Shown here one piece after another: positions 48,658 to 57,431 of a DNA stretch of 64,000 nucleotides. The stretch's first letter is position 1, and each line of letters begins with the position of its first letter. The position numbers and the translations under genes were made by a program. A model generated the notes under the pieces. It worked only from the letters and a program-made list of their open reading frames with translations. It ran no database searches and was not told where the DNA came from. Location: the IMG/VR virus record IMGVR_UViG_2912649904_000001, positions 1 through 64,000 of that record; one strand, given 5' to 3'. Source of the DNA: a virus (Duplodnaviria > Caudoviricetes).

Positions 48658-49095
48658 TCAGAACTCGAACAGCGCGGGCGGCGCCTGCGGCGGCTGGACT
48701 GCTGCGGCGCCCAGTTCGGGCACCTCCTGGCCGGTCTGCTCCGTCCACCACTTCGCGAAGTGCGTGCGGTGGCACCAGTTGCCGGGCTTGCTGAGCTTGT
48801 CGAAGCACAGCAGCACGACCGGCACCTCCAGGTCGTTCGCGCCCGCGATGGCCGTCAGCTCCTCGCGGATGGCGTCGATGCCCCGCTCGTTCAGCAGCCG
48901 CCGGTAGATGAACTCGTACGCGTCCTCGGACTCGATCTTGAGCAGGGACCGTGTGGGCGTCACAGAGCGCGCGATTCCGCCGAGTTGGTAGGAGAGGGGG
49001 AAGCGGGGGTGACCGACCGTGGTACGCACCGGTGTGCCCATGTGCGGGGCGAATTCCTGGTACGTGCAGGTGGCCAGCTTGATCTGTTCGGTCAC
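48658..49095 (-). CDS. DUF488-like protein
   Basis: VVLLCFD..WCHRTHFAKW motif. Confidence 0.7.
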   Translation of the reverse strand: MTEQIKLATCTYQEFAPHMGTPVRTTVGHPRFPLSYQLGGIARSVTPTRSLLKIESEDAYEFIYRRLLNERGIDAIREELTAIAGANDLEVPVVLLCFDKLSKPGNWCHRTHFAKWWTEQTGQEVPELGAAAVQPPQAPPALFEF

Positions 49096-49153
49096 GTTGA
49101 TCTCTTTCTGTTGTGCCATCCCGGCCGGGCCAGGCTGGCCCGGCCGGGGGACG

Positions 49154-49378
49154 TTAGCCGCGGCAGACGCAGGTCTCCTTGGATTCGGAGGGCGTGCCGT
49201 AGAGCCGGTTGGAGAGCCGAAGGATGCGGCTCGTGAGTTGACACAGGTCGGAGTTCTCGTCCTTCTTCTCCTGGCCGGTGAGGGTTTCGCGGAGCCAGGG
49301 GAGGAGAAGCCGCATTTCCTCGCCGGTGAGGACGAAGAGGTCACCTTCTTGAACTGCCCTGGTGGTCTCGCTGTCCAT
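49154..49378 (-). CDS. Small hypothetical protein
   Basis: AAGGGA RBS downstream of the operator at 49423. Confidence 0.55.
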   Translation of the reverse strand: MDSETTRAVQEGDLFVLTGEEMRLLLPWLRETLTGQEKKDENSDLCQLTSRILRLSNRLYGTPSESKETCVCRG

Positions 49379-49406
49379 GGGACTTCCCTTGGGTGAGGTA
49401 GTGGGT

Positions 49407-49438
49407 GCAAGATCAACTCTATTGGGTACCCACTATCT
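49407..49438 (-). promoter_or_regulatory. Operator/promoter with TGGGTACCCA palindrome
   Basis: 32-bp exact match to 52012-52043; TAGAGT -10 on the minus strand. Confidence 0.8.
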
Positions 49439-49472
49439 CGATCAGGGGAACGGCCCTGAAAAGCCGGGAAGT

Positions 49473-50300
49473 TTAGGCCGCCGCGAACAGGTCGAGCTGG
49501 CGCGGCTGCCGCATGTGCCACTCATGGGTCCTCAGCGGGCCGCCCGGGTAACCGGGCAGGAACAGCAGGCACGTGCGGATGCTCGTCCCGCATACCGCGA
49601 ACGAGTCGTCGGGCAACTTCTGGATGTCGCCGCCGACTTCGTCGACCATCTCGCGGAACTCCACGGTGGCCTTGTCGCTCCACCACATCAGCCCTTGGCT
49701 CATGATCGAGACGAGGATCGAGTTCTCGCCCATGAACCCGATCGCGTGCTTGATGTGGTCGAGCCCGTTGGCGAAGGGCGGGTTCATCACGAGCCGCTCG
49801 AACGGCTCCTCGTAGTCCAGCGGGTCGGCGGCCAGGAAGTCGCCGTGCACCACGCGCCGCGCGTCGCCCTGCTCGCGCAGGATCTCCACTCGCCGGGAGT
49901 CGATCTCGAAGGCGTCGACGATGCCGCCGCGCCGGGCGATCTCGCCAGCCATCGCACCGGAGCCAGCCGACGGCTCTAGGACCGTCATCCCGGCGTAGAT
50001 CCCGGCCAGGTCGCAGACCTGCATCACCAGGGCCGGCGGAGTCGGGAACCATCCCTGCTCATACTTCGACGGGTAGTCGTTCGCTGCGAGGCACTGCCGC
50101 ATGAACTCCTCGATGCGGTACGGGTAGACGTGCGCGCGGACCGCCTTGCGGCCGTCCCAGGCGCCGCCCATCTCCTTGAGCACCTTGTTCAACTGCTCGT
50201 ACACCGGCCGGTCGATCTCGAAGGGCACGCTGACCTGGTCGTCACGGATCACTGTGCGCGGGTCCGTCAGGACTCGGAGCACTTCGGTTGGGAACTGCAT
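49473..50300 (-). CDS. SAM-dependent (N6-adenine-type) DNA methyltransferase
   Basis: WFPTP, VLEPSAGSG, MNPPF; C-terminal QLDLF. Confidence 0.88.
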   Translation of the reverse strand: MQFPTEVLRVLTDPRTVIRDDQVSVPFEIDRPVYEQLNKVLKEMGGAWDGRKAVRAHVYPYRIEEFMRQCLAANDYPSKYEQGWFPTPPALVMQVCDLAGIYAGMTVLEPSAGSGAMAGEIARRGGIVDAFEIDSRRVEILREQGDARRVVHGDFLAADPLDYEEPFERLVMNPPFANGLDHIKHAIGFMGENSILVSIMSQGLMWWSDKATVEFREMVDEVGGDIQKLPDDSFAVCGTSIRTCLLFLPGYPGGPLRTHEWHMRQPRQLDLFAAA

Positions 50301-50371
50301 GGGGAACCTCCGCTTAGGGGGCAGCGGCCGGGGCGCGTACGCGAAGCGCCCGGCCCGAAAATGGGGGTGGG

Positions 50372-51577
50372 TCAGGCGGCGTCGGCCGCGGCCTGCGGGT
50401 TGATCTCGATGCCGCCCGCGCGGACGGCGGCGACCGCCTGGGCGTCGCGCAGGTTCTTGATGGCCTTGGTCGTCAGGTCCCGCAGGTGCTCGATGCGCGT
50501 TCGGTAGCCGACGACGCCGCCGCCGACTCCGGCCAGCAGCAGAGCCAGTTCCTCGGGGTCGGCCGCGACCAGCTCGGACAGGATCTCGCCGGCCGTGGAG
50601 AGCTTGTCGATGCGCTTGGTCAGCCGGATGCGGTCGGCGGTGATCCGCTCGCGCTCCTCGTCGGTGACGTCGTGCGCACCGGGCAACAACTGCTGCTCGC
50701 CGCCCGGCGTCGCGGCGGCCGTCGCCTCGTCGGACAGGACGAAGAACGAGCCCTGCGAGGTTCGCCGGTCCTCCTCGCTGCGGACGGCCTGAGCGAACGC
50801 CTCCGCGTCGCGCTTGGTGGAGAAGTCGCCCCGGGTCCACTTGGCGAGGAACCGCATCTGGTTCTCGTGGCTGATGTTGGCCACGTACCAGGACACCCCG
50901 ATGGGCAGGTGGCCTTTGTTGACCGCGTCCTGCAAGGGCTCGGCGAGCTTGAGCAGGTCGATGCGCCAGCCGATGTACGCGGCGGACTTGCCGGTGCCCT
51001 CGGCGACCTCATCGATGGTGTACCCGTCGTCGATGAGCTGCTGGAAGGCACCGGCCTCCTCCATCGCGGTCATGTCCGCGCGGCCGACGTTCTCCGCGAC
51101 GGCCCTCATGCGGATCGTGCGGTCGCCTTGCTTGATGCCGTGCTGAACGACGGCGTCCAGCTCGGTCAGACCCGCGATCTTCGCGGCCCGCCAGCGCCGT
51201 TCGCCCATGATGAGCGTGTAGCGCTTGGTGCCCGGGTTGTATCGGACGCTCACCGGCTGCTGCTGGCCGATCAGTTTCATGGAGCCAGCCAGCTCGCTCA
51301 GCTTCGCCGGGTCGAAGTGCTTGCGGGGCTGGTCGGGGTCGGCGTCGATCCGGTCGACCGGAATCGTCTTGAGAGACGTGCGCACGTGGGCTGCGGTCGC
51401 CTCCGTCTGCTCGGCGATCGTCTCGCGGCGCTTGGCGACCTTGGTCGGCGTGACGACCTTCTTCGCCGGGGCCTTCCGTGCGGGCGCTTTGGTCGCCGCG
51501 TTCTTCGGCGCTGCCTTCTTGGGCTCGGCCTTCTTCGCCGGGGTGGCGGTGCTGGCCTCGGTGGTGGTGGCGGTCAT
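50372..51577 (-). CDS. parB: ParB/RepB/Spo0J partition protein
   Basis: DQPRKHF, LIMGERRWRA, ENVGRADM, HTH. Confidence 0.9.
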   Translation of the reverse strand: MTATTTEASTATPAKKAEPKKAAPKNAATKAPARKAPAKKVVTPTKVAKRRETIAEQTEATAAHVRTSLKTIPVDRIDADPDQPRKHFDPAKLSELAGSMKLIGQQQPVSVRYNPGTKRYTLIMGERRWRAAKIAGLTELDAVVQHGIKQGDRTIRMRAVAENVGRADMTAMEEAGAFQQLIDDGYTIDEVAEGTGKSAAYIGWRIDLLKLAEPLQDAVNKGHLPIGVSWYVANISHENQMRFLAKWTRGDFSTKRDAEAFAQAVRSEEDRRTSQGSFFVLSDEATAAATPGGEQQLLPGAHDVTDEERERITADRIRLTKRIDKLSTAGEILSELVAADPEELALLLAGVGGGVVGYRTRIEHLRDLTTKAIKNLRDAQAVAAVRAGGIEINPQAAADAA

Positions 51578-51634
51578 CGCCTGTCCTCTCGGGTATGAGG
51601 GGTTGGTCGGGTGGTGTGTGGTCTGCGCGGGCGG

Positions 51635-51976
51635 TCAGGCCCAGAGGTCCCGCAGGTACTCCCAGGCGGAGGGACGGGGGCGGCCGAGGCCGCGCGCCGT
51701 GGCCTCCTCGTCGACCGCCGACCAGGCCCAGAAGAAGCCGGGCGTCTCGTCGTCGCTGGCCTCGCGCTCGCGGGCGACAGCCAGCAGCTCCTCGAATTGG
51801 GCGCCGGGCAGGTTCTTGACCAGGTCGCGCACGCGGCGCGCGGCGGCCTCGCCGCGCTTGTCGCAGGACTCGGTGCACGGGGTACCGGGCTCGACCTCGC
51901 AGATCAGGCACCGCTTGTTGAGGTCGGTGGCCTGTGTGTCGCGGCCGATGCTCACGAGTTCATCGAAGGTGATCAC
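51635..51976 (-). CDS. Hypothetical protein (paralogue of 52094-52396)
   Basis: ITFDELV..CLIC..C...C..TPGFFWAWSAV. Confidence 0.75.
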   Translation of the reverse strand: MITFDELVSIGRDTQATDLNKRCLICEVEPGTPCTESCDKRGEAAARRVRDLVKNLPGAQFEELLAVAREREASDDETPGFFWAWSAVDEEATARGLGRPRPSAWEYLRDLWA

Positions 51977-52011
51977 TGGGCCTTCCCTTTCTGCCGATGA
52001 TGGAGGGGTGG

Positions 52012-52043
52012 GCAAGATCAACTCTATTGGGTACCCACTATCT
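52012..52043 (-). promoter_or_regulatory. Operator/promoter with TGGGTACCCA palindrome
   Basis: Identical to 49407-49438. Confidence 0.8.
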
Positions 52044-52093
52044 AGTACAGATGGTGAGCCGCGAAGATCCATGAATTTTCGCAGGTCAGAGCC

Positions 52094-52396
52094 CTATAGG
52101 ACGAGAGGGACACCCCGGGCGGCGGCCTCGTCGCCGACCGCCGACCAGGCCCAGGAGAACCCGGGCGTACTGTCGCCCTCGGCCGCCCGCTTCTGCGCGA
52201 CGCGCAGCAGCTCCTCGAACTCGACGGCGGTCAGACCGGCGACCTTCAGGCGCACGGCCTGTTTCGCCTCGCCGCCGCGGTGCTCGCAGTCGACCTCGCA
52301 GGGCTCGCCGGTCTCCGCGCCGCAGTCGAGGCAGTCGTCGTCCTCGTGGTATGCCGGTGTGTCCCGCCCGACCTTCACCAGCTCGTCGAAGGTCAC
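52094..52396 (-). CDS. Hypothetical protein (paralogue of 51635-51976)
   Basis: VTFDELV..CLDC..TPGFSWAWSAV; GTGA overlap. Confidence 0.75.
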   Translation of the reverse strand: MTFDELVKVGRDTPAYHEDDDCLDCGAETGEPCEVDCEHRGGEAKQAVRLKVAGLTAVEFEELLRVAQKRAAEGDSTPGFSWAWSAVGDEAAARGVPLVL

Positions 52397-53799
52397 GACA
52401 TTTCCTCTTGCTTCGGCTCGCCCTTGGCCGGGGCGGGCACGATCGCGGCGACCTCCCCCCGACCTCGGCGGTGCTTCCACTTTCCGGTGCGCTCGTATCC
52501 GCGATCGGCCAGCAGCTCGTCCACCTGCTTCATCAGGTTCCGCGACCAGGTCGCCCGGTGGTACTTCTCTCCCTCCGGGGCGGTGATCGTCTCCGGCTTG
52601 TGGCCGGGGTGCGGCTGGCTGTTCCCGTTCAGCCACGTCAGCGTGGCCTCGCTGGCGCTCAACTCGCACTCGATCTGCACGCGCTTCGGAATCTTCGGAT
52701 CGCTGCGCTTCTTCGGCGTCTTCGGCCTGGCCTTCTTCGCCTCGACCTGCGCCCGGCGGATGTCCTCGGCCGGGGCCTGCGCCGACGCCTCGCCGGCCGA
52801 CTTGGTGCCGGGCACCTTGCCGTCGGCGAGGAACGCGGCCATCGCCTTCTCCGGGCAGCGGGCGCGCACGTTCGTGTAGTCGACGGTGAAGGTGCCGACC
52901 CGGCCACCGTCGAACGTCGCGTCCTCCAGGGACATCACCTGCTTCGGTGCGAGCCGCAGGTTCCACGCGATCGACAGGCTCTTGGGGTTGACCCGCGCCA
53001 CCTGGTACCACGAGCTGGTGGTGCGCACGAAGTCGCCAGGAGCGAAGTCGTCCGGCCTCCAGATCTTCACGCCGTTCGCCTCGGCCTTGGCGACGACCTC
53101 CTCCCAGTGGGTGATCTCCTCCCGCAGGTCGCGCATGATCCGACCGTCCCGGTCGGTGGGCTGCTCGTCGTCGGCGGCACCGCCGTTGCGGCGCTCGATG
53201 ACGCGCAGCCCGGCCCGCAGATTCTCCAGTCTGCGCAGCGTCCGGTACGGGTCGTTGCGGTGCTGTTCGTAGGCGGCTGCGGCGTCCGCCCGGTGCTGCC
53301 AGTGGCTGGCACGGTCCGCATCCTCGAAGCTCTTGCGCATGTTGGTGTCGATGCGGGCGGCGTCGCGGCGGGCCTTCCCCTCGGAGTGGTGGCCGACGAG
53401 GATCGGCTGCCCGAACTCGAACCGGCGGGAGATGTCGTCCGCTCTCGCGCGGCGCGCGTTCGAGGAGCTGGCCGCGTTGTCGGCGTAGCCCTCGTACCGC
53501 TCGGTGCGGCCCTCGGCGCGCTCGACGCGGTCCGCTTCCGCCTCCGCGAAGGTCCGCCGCGTCCCCTCGTCGATCTCGACGTTCACAGTGTGCCCGGCCG
53601 CCTCCAGCGCCCTCGTCGCGTTCTTGATCCGCCAGGTGTCGGCCTCGTTGTCGCGGGAGCGCGGGATGCCGAGCGCGCCGATCGACGGGAACGGGCGGAA
53701 CCCGTGGTTCTTGACCACCTCCCAGACGCCGTCCCCTCTCACGGAGTCGGTGATCAGGGTGCCTTCCAACCTGCTGTGCGTGATCGTGATGGTCGCCAT
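52393..53799 (-). CDS. DUF3560-domain protein
   Basis: FGQPILVGHHSEGKARRD motif. Confidence 0.85.
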   Translation of the reverse strand: MATITITHSRLEGTLITDSVRGDGVWEVVKNHGFRPFPSIGALGIPRSRDNEADTWRIKNATRALEAAGHTVNVEIDEGTRRTFAEAEADRVERAEGRTERYEGYADNAASSSNARRARADDISRRFEFGQPILVGHHSEGKARRDAARIDTNMRKSFEDADRASHWQHRADAAAAYEQHRNDPYRTLRRLENLRAGLRVIERRNGGAADDEQPTDRDGRIMRDLREEITHWEEVVAKAEANGVKIWRPDDFAPGDFVRTTSSWYQVARVNPKSLSIAWNLRLAPKQVMSLEDATFDGGRVGTFTVDYTNVRARCPEKAMAAFLADGKVPGTKSAGEASAQAPAEDIRRAQVEAKKARPKTPKKRSDPKIPKRVQIECELSASEATLTWLNGNSQPHPGHKPETITAPEGEKYHRATWSRNLMKQVDELLADRGYERTGKWKHRRGRGEVAAIVPAPAKGEPKQEEMS

Positions 53800-53833
53800 G
53801 CGGCGACCTCCTCTCTGTTCGATGGGCCGCCGG

Positions 53834-54283
53834 TCAGACGGCCCGGTTGCGGGTCACCGGCGGCCCCCACACCGCCGGCGACGTCTCGGAGTGCCAGGTG
53901 TCGGCGTGGCCGCGGCGGGCCTCGTCGTTGTCGTGGACCGAGGTCCCGCAGACGCACACGACGACCGGCTCGGTGGACGCGTCGTCCGCGCGCTGCGCGT
54001 CGAGCCGGGCGCGGGCCTCCCGCCGCGAGTCCGCCCATTCACGGATCAGGGCGGTGCCCGCCTCACCGGCCGCGTCGCCCGGGCTCAGGCCACGCTCGAT
54101 CCCGGCGAGGTAGGCGCTGGCGATCATCACCAACGCGCTGTCCCGCGTGAACTGCTCGACCAGGTCCTCCACTTCCAGGTGCGGCCAGGTGCTGTTGAGG
54201 GCCTTCGCCGCGAGCGCGGCGATCCTGCCGGTGGCCTCGCCGAGCCGTTCGACCTCGTTGGGGGAGAGCTGCTGTCCGGGCAT
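53834..54283 (-). CDS. Hypothetical protein
   Basis: GAGAGG RBS; C-terminal CVC..H...H. Confidence 0.7.
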   Translation of the reverse strand: MPGQQLSPNEVERLGEATGRIAALAAKALNSTWPHLEVEDLVEQFTRDSALVMIASAYLAGIERGLSPGDAAGEAGTALIREWADSRREARARLDAQRADDASTEPVVVCVCGTSVHDNDEARRGHADTWHSETSPAVWGPPVTRNRAV

Positions 54284-54347
54284 GCGCGACCTCTCTTTGG
54301 GGCGTGGTGAGGGCGGGGCCGATCGGCCCCGCCCGGTGGTCGGCTGG

Positions 54348-54977
54348 TCAGCCCGCGAGGTTCTCTTCGCCGAGGCTGGTGAGCGTCACGGCCTGGCCGC
54401 CGCGCAGATCGCCGGACGTGTCCACCACGGCCCAGCCCATATCGATGGCGTACTGGACCATGGACCGTCGGGGGCAGGACCCGACCTCGACCTTCACTCC
54501 GTCTTCCTGGAGCGTGACGCCGTTGCGCCGGATGGCCTCCAGCACCACCCGCTCCTGAGAAGGCGTCGCCTTCCCGGCCTCGGTGCGCTCGTCTGCGGCC
54601 GGGACGTCGTCCTCGTCGACATCCAAGGTGTCGACGGCGTTGAGGAAGCGGCGCAGGCCCTCCTGCTCGGCCAGACGTGCGGCGTTGGCGACCAGGCTGG
54701 TGCTCATGCTCATCCCGTAGGAGAGCAGGGACTCCAGCGCCTCGGCCTTCTGCTTGGCCAGGCCCTCGCGGACGCCGTGACGCTCGATGCGCTGCATGAG
54801 CTGGCGCCAGGGCTTCGCGTTCGCGGAGGAGACCAGGGCGGCGTCGATGGCCATGGAGAGGTCGATCACGGCGCCCCTGCCGAGTTCGTCGGCCAACCGG
54901 GTGCGGGCCTCCTCGTCGGCCTTGAAGGCGCGCTCGGCGCGGTGGGTGAGGCAGCGAAGGGCAGTCGTGGCGTCCAT
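54348..54977 (-). CDS. Hypothetical protein
   Basis: GAAAGGA RBS; wHTH-like C-terminus. Confidence 0.7.
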   Translation of the reverse strand: MDATTALRCLTHRAERAFKADEEARTRLADELGRGAVIDLSMAIDAALVSSANAKPWRQLMQRIERHGVREGLAKQKAEALESLLSYGMSMSTSLVANAARLAEQEGLRRFLNAVDTLDVDEDDVPAADERTEAGKATPSQERVVLEAIRRNGVTLQEDGVKVEVGSCPRRSMVQYAIDMGWAVVDTSGDLRGGQAVTLTSLGEENLAG

Positions 54978-55033
54978 GGCGGGTCCTTTCGGTGGGAGGG
55001 GGCGGGGCCGGTTGGCCCCGCCGGGGAGGTAGG

Positions 55034-55300
55034 TCAGCGGACGCACTTGGACGCCATGAAGGCGTCGACGATGGCGATCGTCTGGCCCCAGGTGGCTTCC
55101 GCGTCCATGTGTTCGGTGCCGCCGTAACCGAGCCGGCCGGTGACCCGCGCCTTGGCGGGGACCTCGTCCTCCCCGGGGGGCAGGTTGACCGTCCACGAGT
55201 AGCCGCCGTGGCTGACCTCGGTGAGTGCGCCGAGGTTGGTCTGCGTCCAGTTGGTTGCGATCCCGGCCTTGGTGAGCACTTCTGCGATCACGGCGTCCAT
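55034..55300 (-). CDS. Hypothetical protein
   Basis: GAAAGGA RBS. Confidence 0.7.
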   Translation of the reverse strand: MDAVIAEVLTKAGIATNWTQTNLGALTEVSHGGYSWTVNLPPGEDEVPAKARVTGRLGYGGTEHMDAEATWGQTIAIVDAFMASKCVR

Positions 55301-55335
55301 CTCGTGTCCTTTCGGGGTGGTTTGTTGATCTACAT

Positions 55336-55374
55336 ACATCCTTCCACAAGTTCACTTTGGAAAACTCATTTGGG
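55336..55374 (-). promoter_or_regulatory. Early promoter/operator (CCAAG-N5-TTTGG family)
   Basis: ACAAGTTCACTTTGGAAAACTCATTTGGG. Confidence 0.7.
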
Positions 55375-55446
55375 GGCTGAGTATTCACGGAATATCAGCG
55401 AGTTGACCTGCGGAAATACCCTTCACGCAGCCTTGATCATTCTAGA

Positions 55447-55466
55447 TATTGGGTACCCACTATCCT
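55447..55466 (+). promoter_or_regulatory. TGGGTACCCA operator over the promoter of the HTH gene
   Basis: TATTGGGTACCCACTATC; TATCCT 6 nt before ATG 55473. Confidence 0.75.
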
Positions 55467-55472
55467 TCGGTT

Positions 55473-55760
55473 ATGGATCAAAGCCAGCTACCGGAGCCAT
55501 ACGCCTCCCTCGCCCGCCTCGCTGACGGGGAACCCACTCTCGACCAGGCCGCGGCCCTCACCCGCGCGCTTGAGAACGTCCCCGCCCTGCAACGCTGGCT
55601 CAAGGCGCAACGCGGCCGGGTCGTCTCCGACCTCCGTCAGAACCACAGCCGCAAGGAAATCGCGTCGCGCATCAACTGCACGCCGCAGCGCGTCAGCGAC
55701 ATCCTTCAAGGGCACAGCCGAGGGGCTGGCCCCCGCCGCACAGTCAGGCCCGAAGACTGA
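55473..55760 (+). CDS. Small HTH repressor
   Basis: SRKEIASRINCTPQRVSDIL HTH; divergent, probably leaderless. Confidence 0.8.
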   Translation: MDQSQLPEPYASLARLADGEPTLDQAAALTRALENVPALQRWLKAQRGRVVSDLRQNHSRKEIASRINCTPQRVSDILQGHSRGAGPRRTVRPED

Positions 55761-55777
55761 CCGGCCAGTCCGCACAC

Positions 55778-55815
55778 GAAGGCGCCCCGCACACTTCCCT
55801 GTGCGGGGCGCCTTC
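55778..55815. terminator. Bidirectional terminator between convergent genes
   Basis: GAAGGCGCCCCGCACA..TGTGCGGGGCGCCTTC. Confidence 0.75.
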
Positions 55816-55830
55816 TCGTGCCGGACGCGG

Positions 55831-56277
55831 TCAGCTCCCGACGATCCGTCGAAGGTCAGCGAGGACCGGGCCAATGTCCTCGTATCCGAACTCGATGTGG
55901 CTGATCGCCTTTTCCCCCTGGTACTCGCCGTACTGATGCGAGTTCGGCGCGGTCACCAGGAGGCGACCGTCGCGCAGCTCCGCTCCCGCCCCGTCCGCAT
56001 GACTGCCACTCCTCCACCACTTCTGGTAGGAGCCGTGCTCGACGATCTGCTCCAGCGCGGCGACCAGCGCGAGCGGTTCCCCGGGCGCGGCCACCGTCCT
56101 CTTGTCGACAAGTTGCCAGGCAGCGTCCCGCTCGGCGCCGGTCATCTTGCCCTGGTGGAAGTGCTTTCGCAGGTAACCGTCCATGTACTTTGCGGCGGTC
56201 ACGTACGCCGATTCGCGGCGCACCTCCACCACGTACCACGGGCTCATCTGCTCGGTGGGTTCCAGTACGGCCGCCAT
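55831..56277 (-). CDS. Hypothetical protein
   Basis: AAGGAGG RBS. Confidence 0.75.
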   Translation of the reverse strand: MAAVLEPTEQMSPWYVVEVRRESAYVTAAKYMDGYLRKHFHQGKMTGAERDAAWQLVDKRTVAAPGEPLALVAALEQIVEHGSYQKWWRSGSHADGAGAELRDGRLLVTAPNSHQYGEYQGEKAISHIEFGYEDIGPVLADLRRIVGS

Positions 56278-56343
56278 GAGGGGCCTCCTTCGGTGTCAGG
56301 TGGGTTGGTGTCTGCGGTGCCTGCGTCGACGGTGAGAGGGGGG

Positions 56344-57399
56344 TCAGGTGGCGCCGAACAGCTCAAGTTGTTCGGCGTCGTCGGGTACGGCTGGGAGAGG
56401 CGGGAGTTCCTGAGCGCGCATCGTCGTGGGCCAGGGAATCTGCGGCTTTGGCGTCGGATGCTCGGCCTCGGCTCGCAGTTCGGCGACGAGACCGGGGTCG
56501 ATGCGGTGCTCGGCGATCTCCTCAGCCGTAGGGACCCAGCCCGTGGGGATCGACCGCCCGAGCCGGTGAGTGATGCCCTGCACTGTGGCCCACACGCTGT
56601 ACAGCCGGTCGTCGCGTTCCTCCCATGCGTGCTTCGCGTCCATGGCTTCGCGTAGCGCGTTTGCTTCGGCTCTCCGATTCCGGTCGTTCTCGGCGCTTGC
56701 GCGGTTCCGGCGGGCAACTTCCTCGCCATCGAGGAGAGGACGGAGCGGGCCGCGGTCCTCTTTGCGGTCCTTCACGGCTGGGGCGGGCTGCCAGCGCCGC
56801 CACAGGGTCAGCGCTTCCCGGCCGTCGGCGGTCACTGCGATCCGTCGCCCTGGACGGGTGAGGAACCCGGCCTTCAGAAGGGGCGCGAGGCGGGACTCAT
56901 CGAGGGCGCGTCCAGGGCCGCCGGGCGCCAGGTAGTAGCGCAGCGCTCCGTCCGGGGCGTAGTGGAGCTGACTGGCTGCGGCGGCGGCCATCAAGTCGGC
57001 TTGGCCAGTGGACCAGTTGAGGTGTTGAGCGCGCTTCTGCTGCCGGGCGCGTTCACGGCGTTCGGCAAGGACCGTGGCGGGGACCGGGGGCGGGGGCTGC
57101 TCGCGGACCCGGTCCCCGAAGTTGGCGATGGACGTCAGCGGCCGGTCGCTCGGGTATTGCACCGAGACCCGGAAAGGGAATGGTCCGGCCGCTGCCTGCC
57201 GCTCGATGTCGTCGGCGTGGGCAGCGATCGTCTCCTCCGCGTGCCTGGTGAGGACCAGCACGTAGGTGCCGATCCTCTCCCCGTCACGGTCGGCGCCCTC
57301 AACGCGGAAGTCCTTCCCGCGCCCCTGGGCGAGGCCAAGGCCGCGCAGGATGCGCGCGATGGCCACGGTCGGGGAGTTGGGTTGGCTGGTCTTCGTCAT
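56344..57399 (-). CDS. Hypothetical protein with C-terminal QLELF
   Basis: AAGGAG RBS. Confidence 0.75.
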   Translation of the reverse strand: MTKTSQPNSPTVAIARILRGLGLAQGRGKDFRVEGADRDGERIGTYVLVLTRHAEETIAAHADDIERQAAAGPFPFRVSVQYPSDRPLTSIANFGDRVREQPPPPVPATVLAERRERARQQKRAQHLNWSTGQADLMAAAAASQLHYAPDGALRYYLAPGGPGRALDESRLAPLLKAGFLTRPGRRIAVTADGREALTLWRRWQPAPAVKDRKEDRGPLRPLLDGEEVARRNRASAENDRNRRAEANALREAMDAKHAWEERDDRLYSVWATVQGITHRLGRSIPTGWVPTAEEIAEHRIDPGLVAELRAEAEHPTPKPQIPWPTTMRAQELPPLPAVPDDAEQLELFGAT

Positions 57400-57431
57400 G
57401 GGCTGAGATCTCCTTGGACAGGCCGGGCCGG

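Noticed and set aside
44485-50300. Restriction-modification system
   Set aside because: No recognisable restriction endonuclease next to either methylase.
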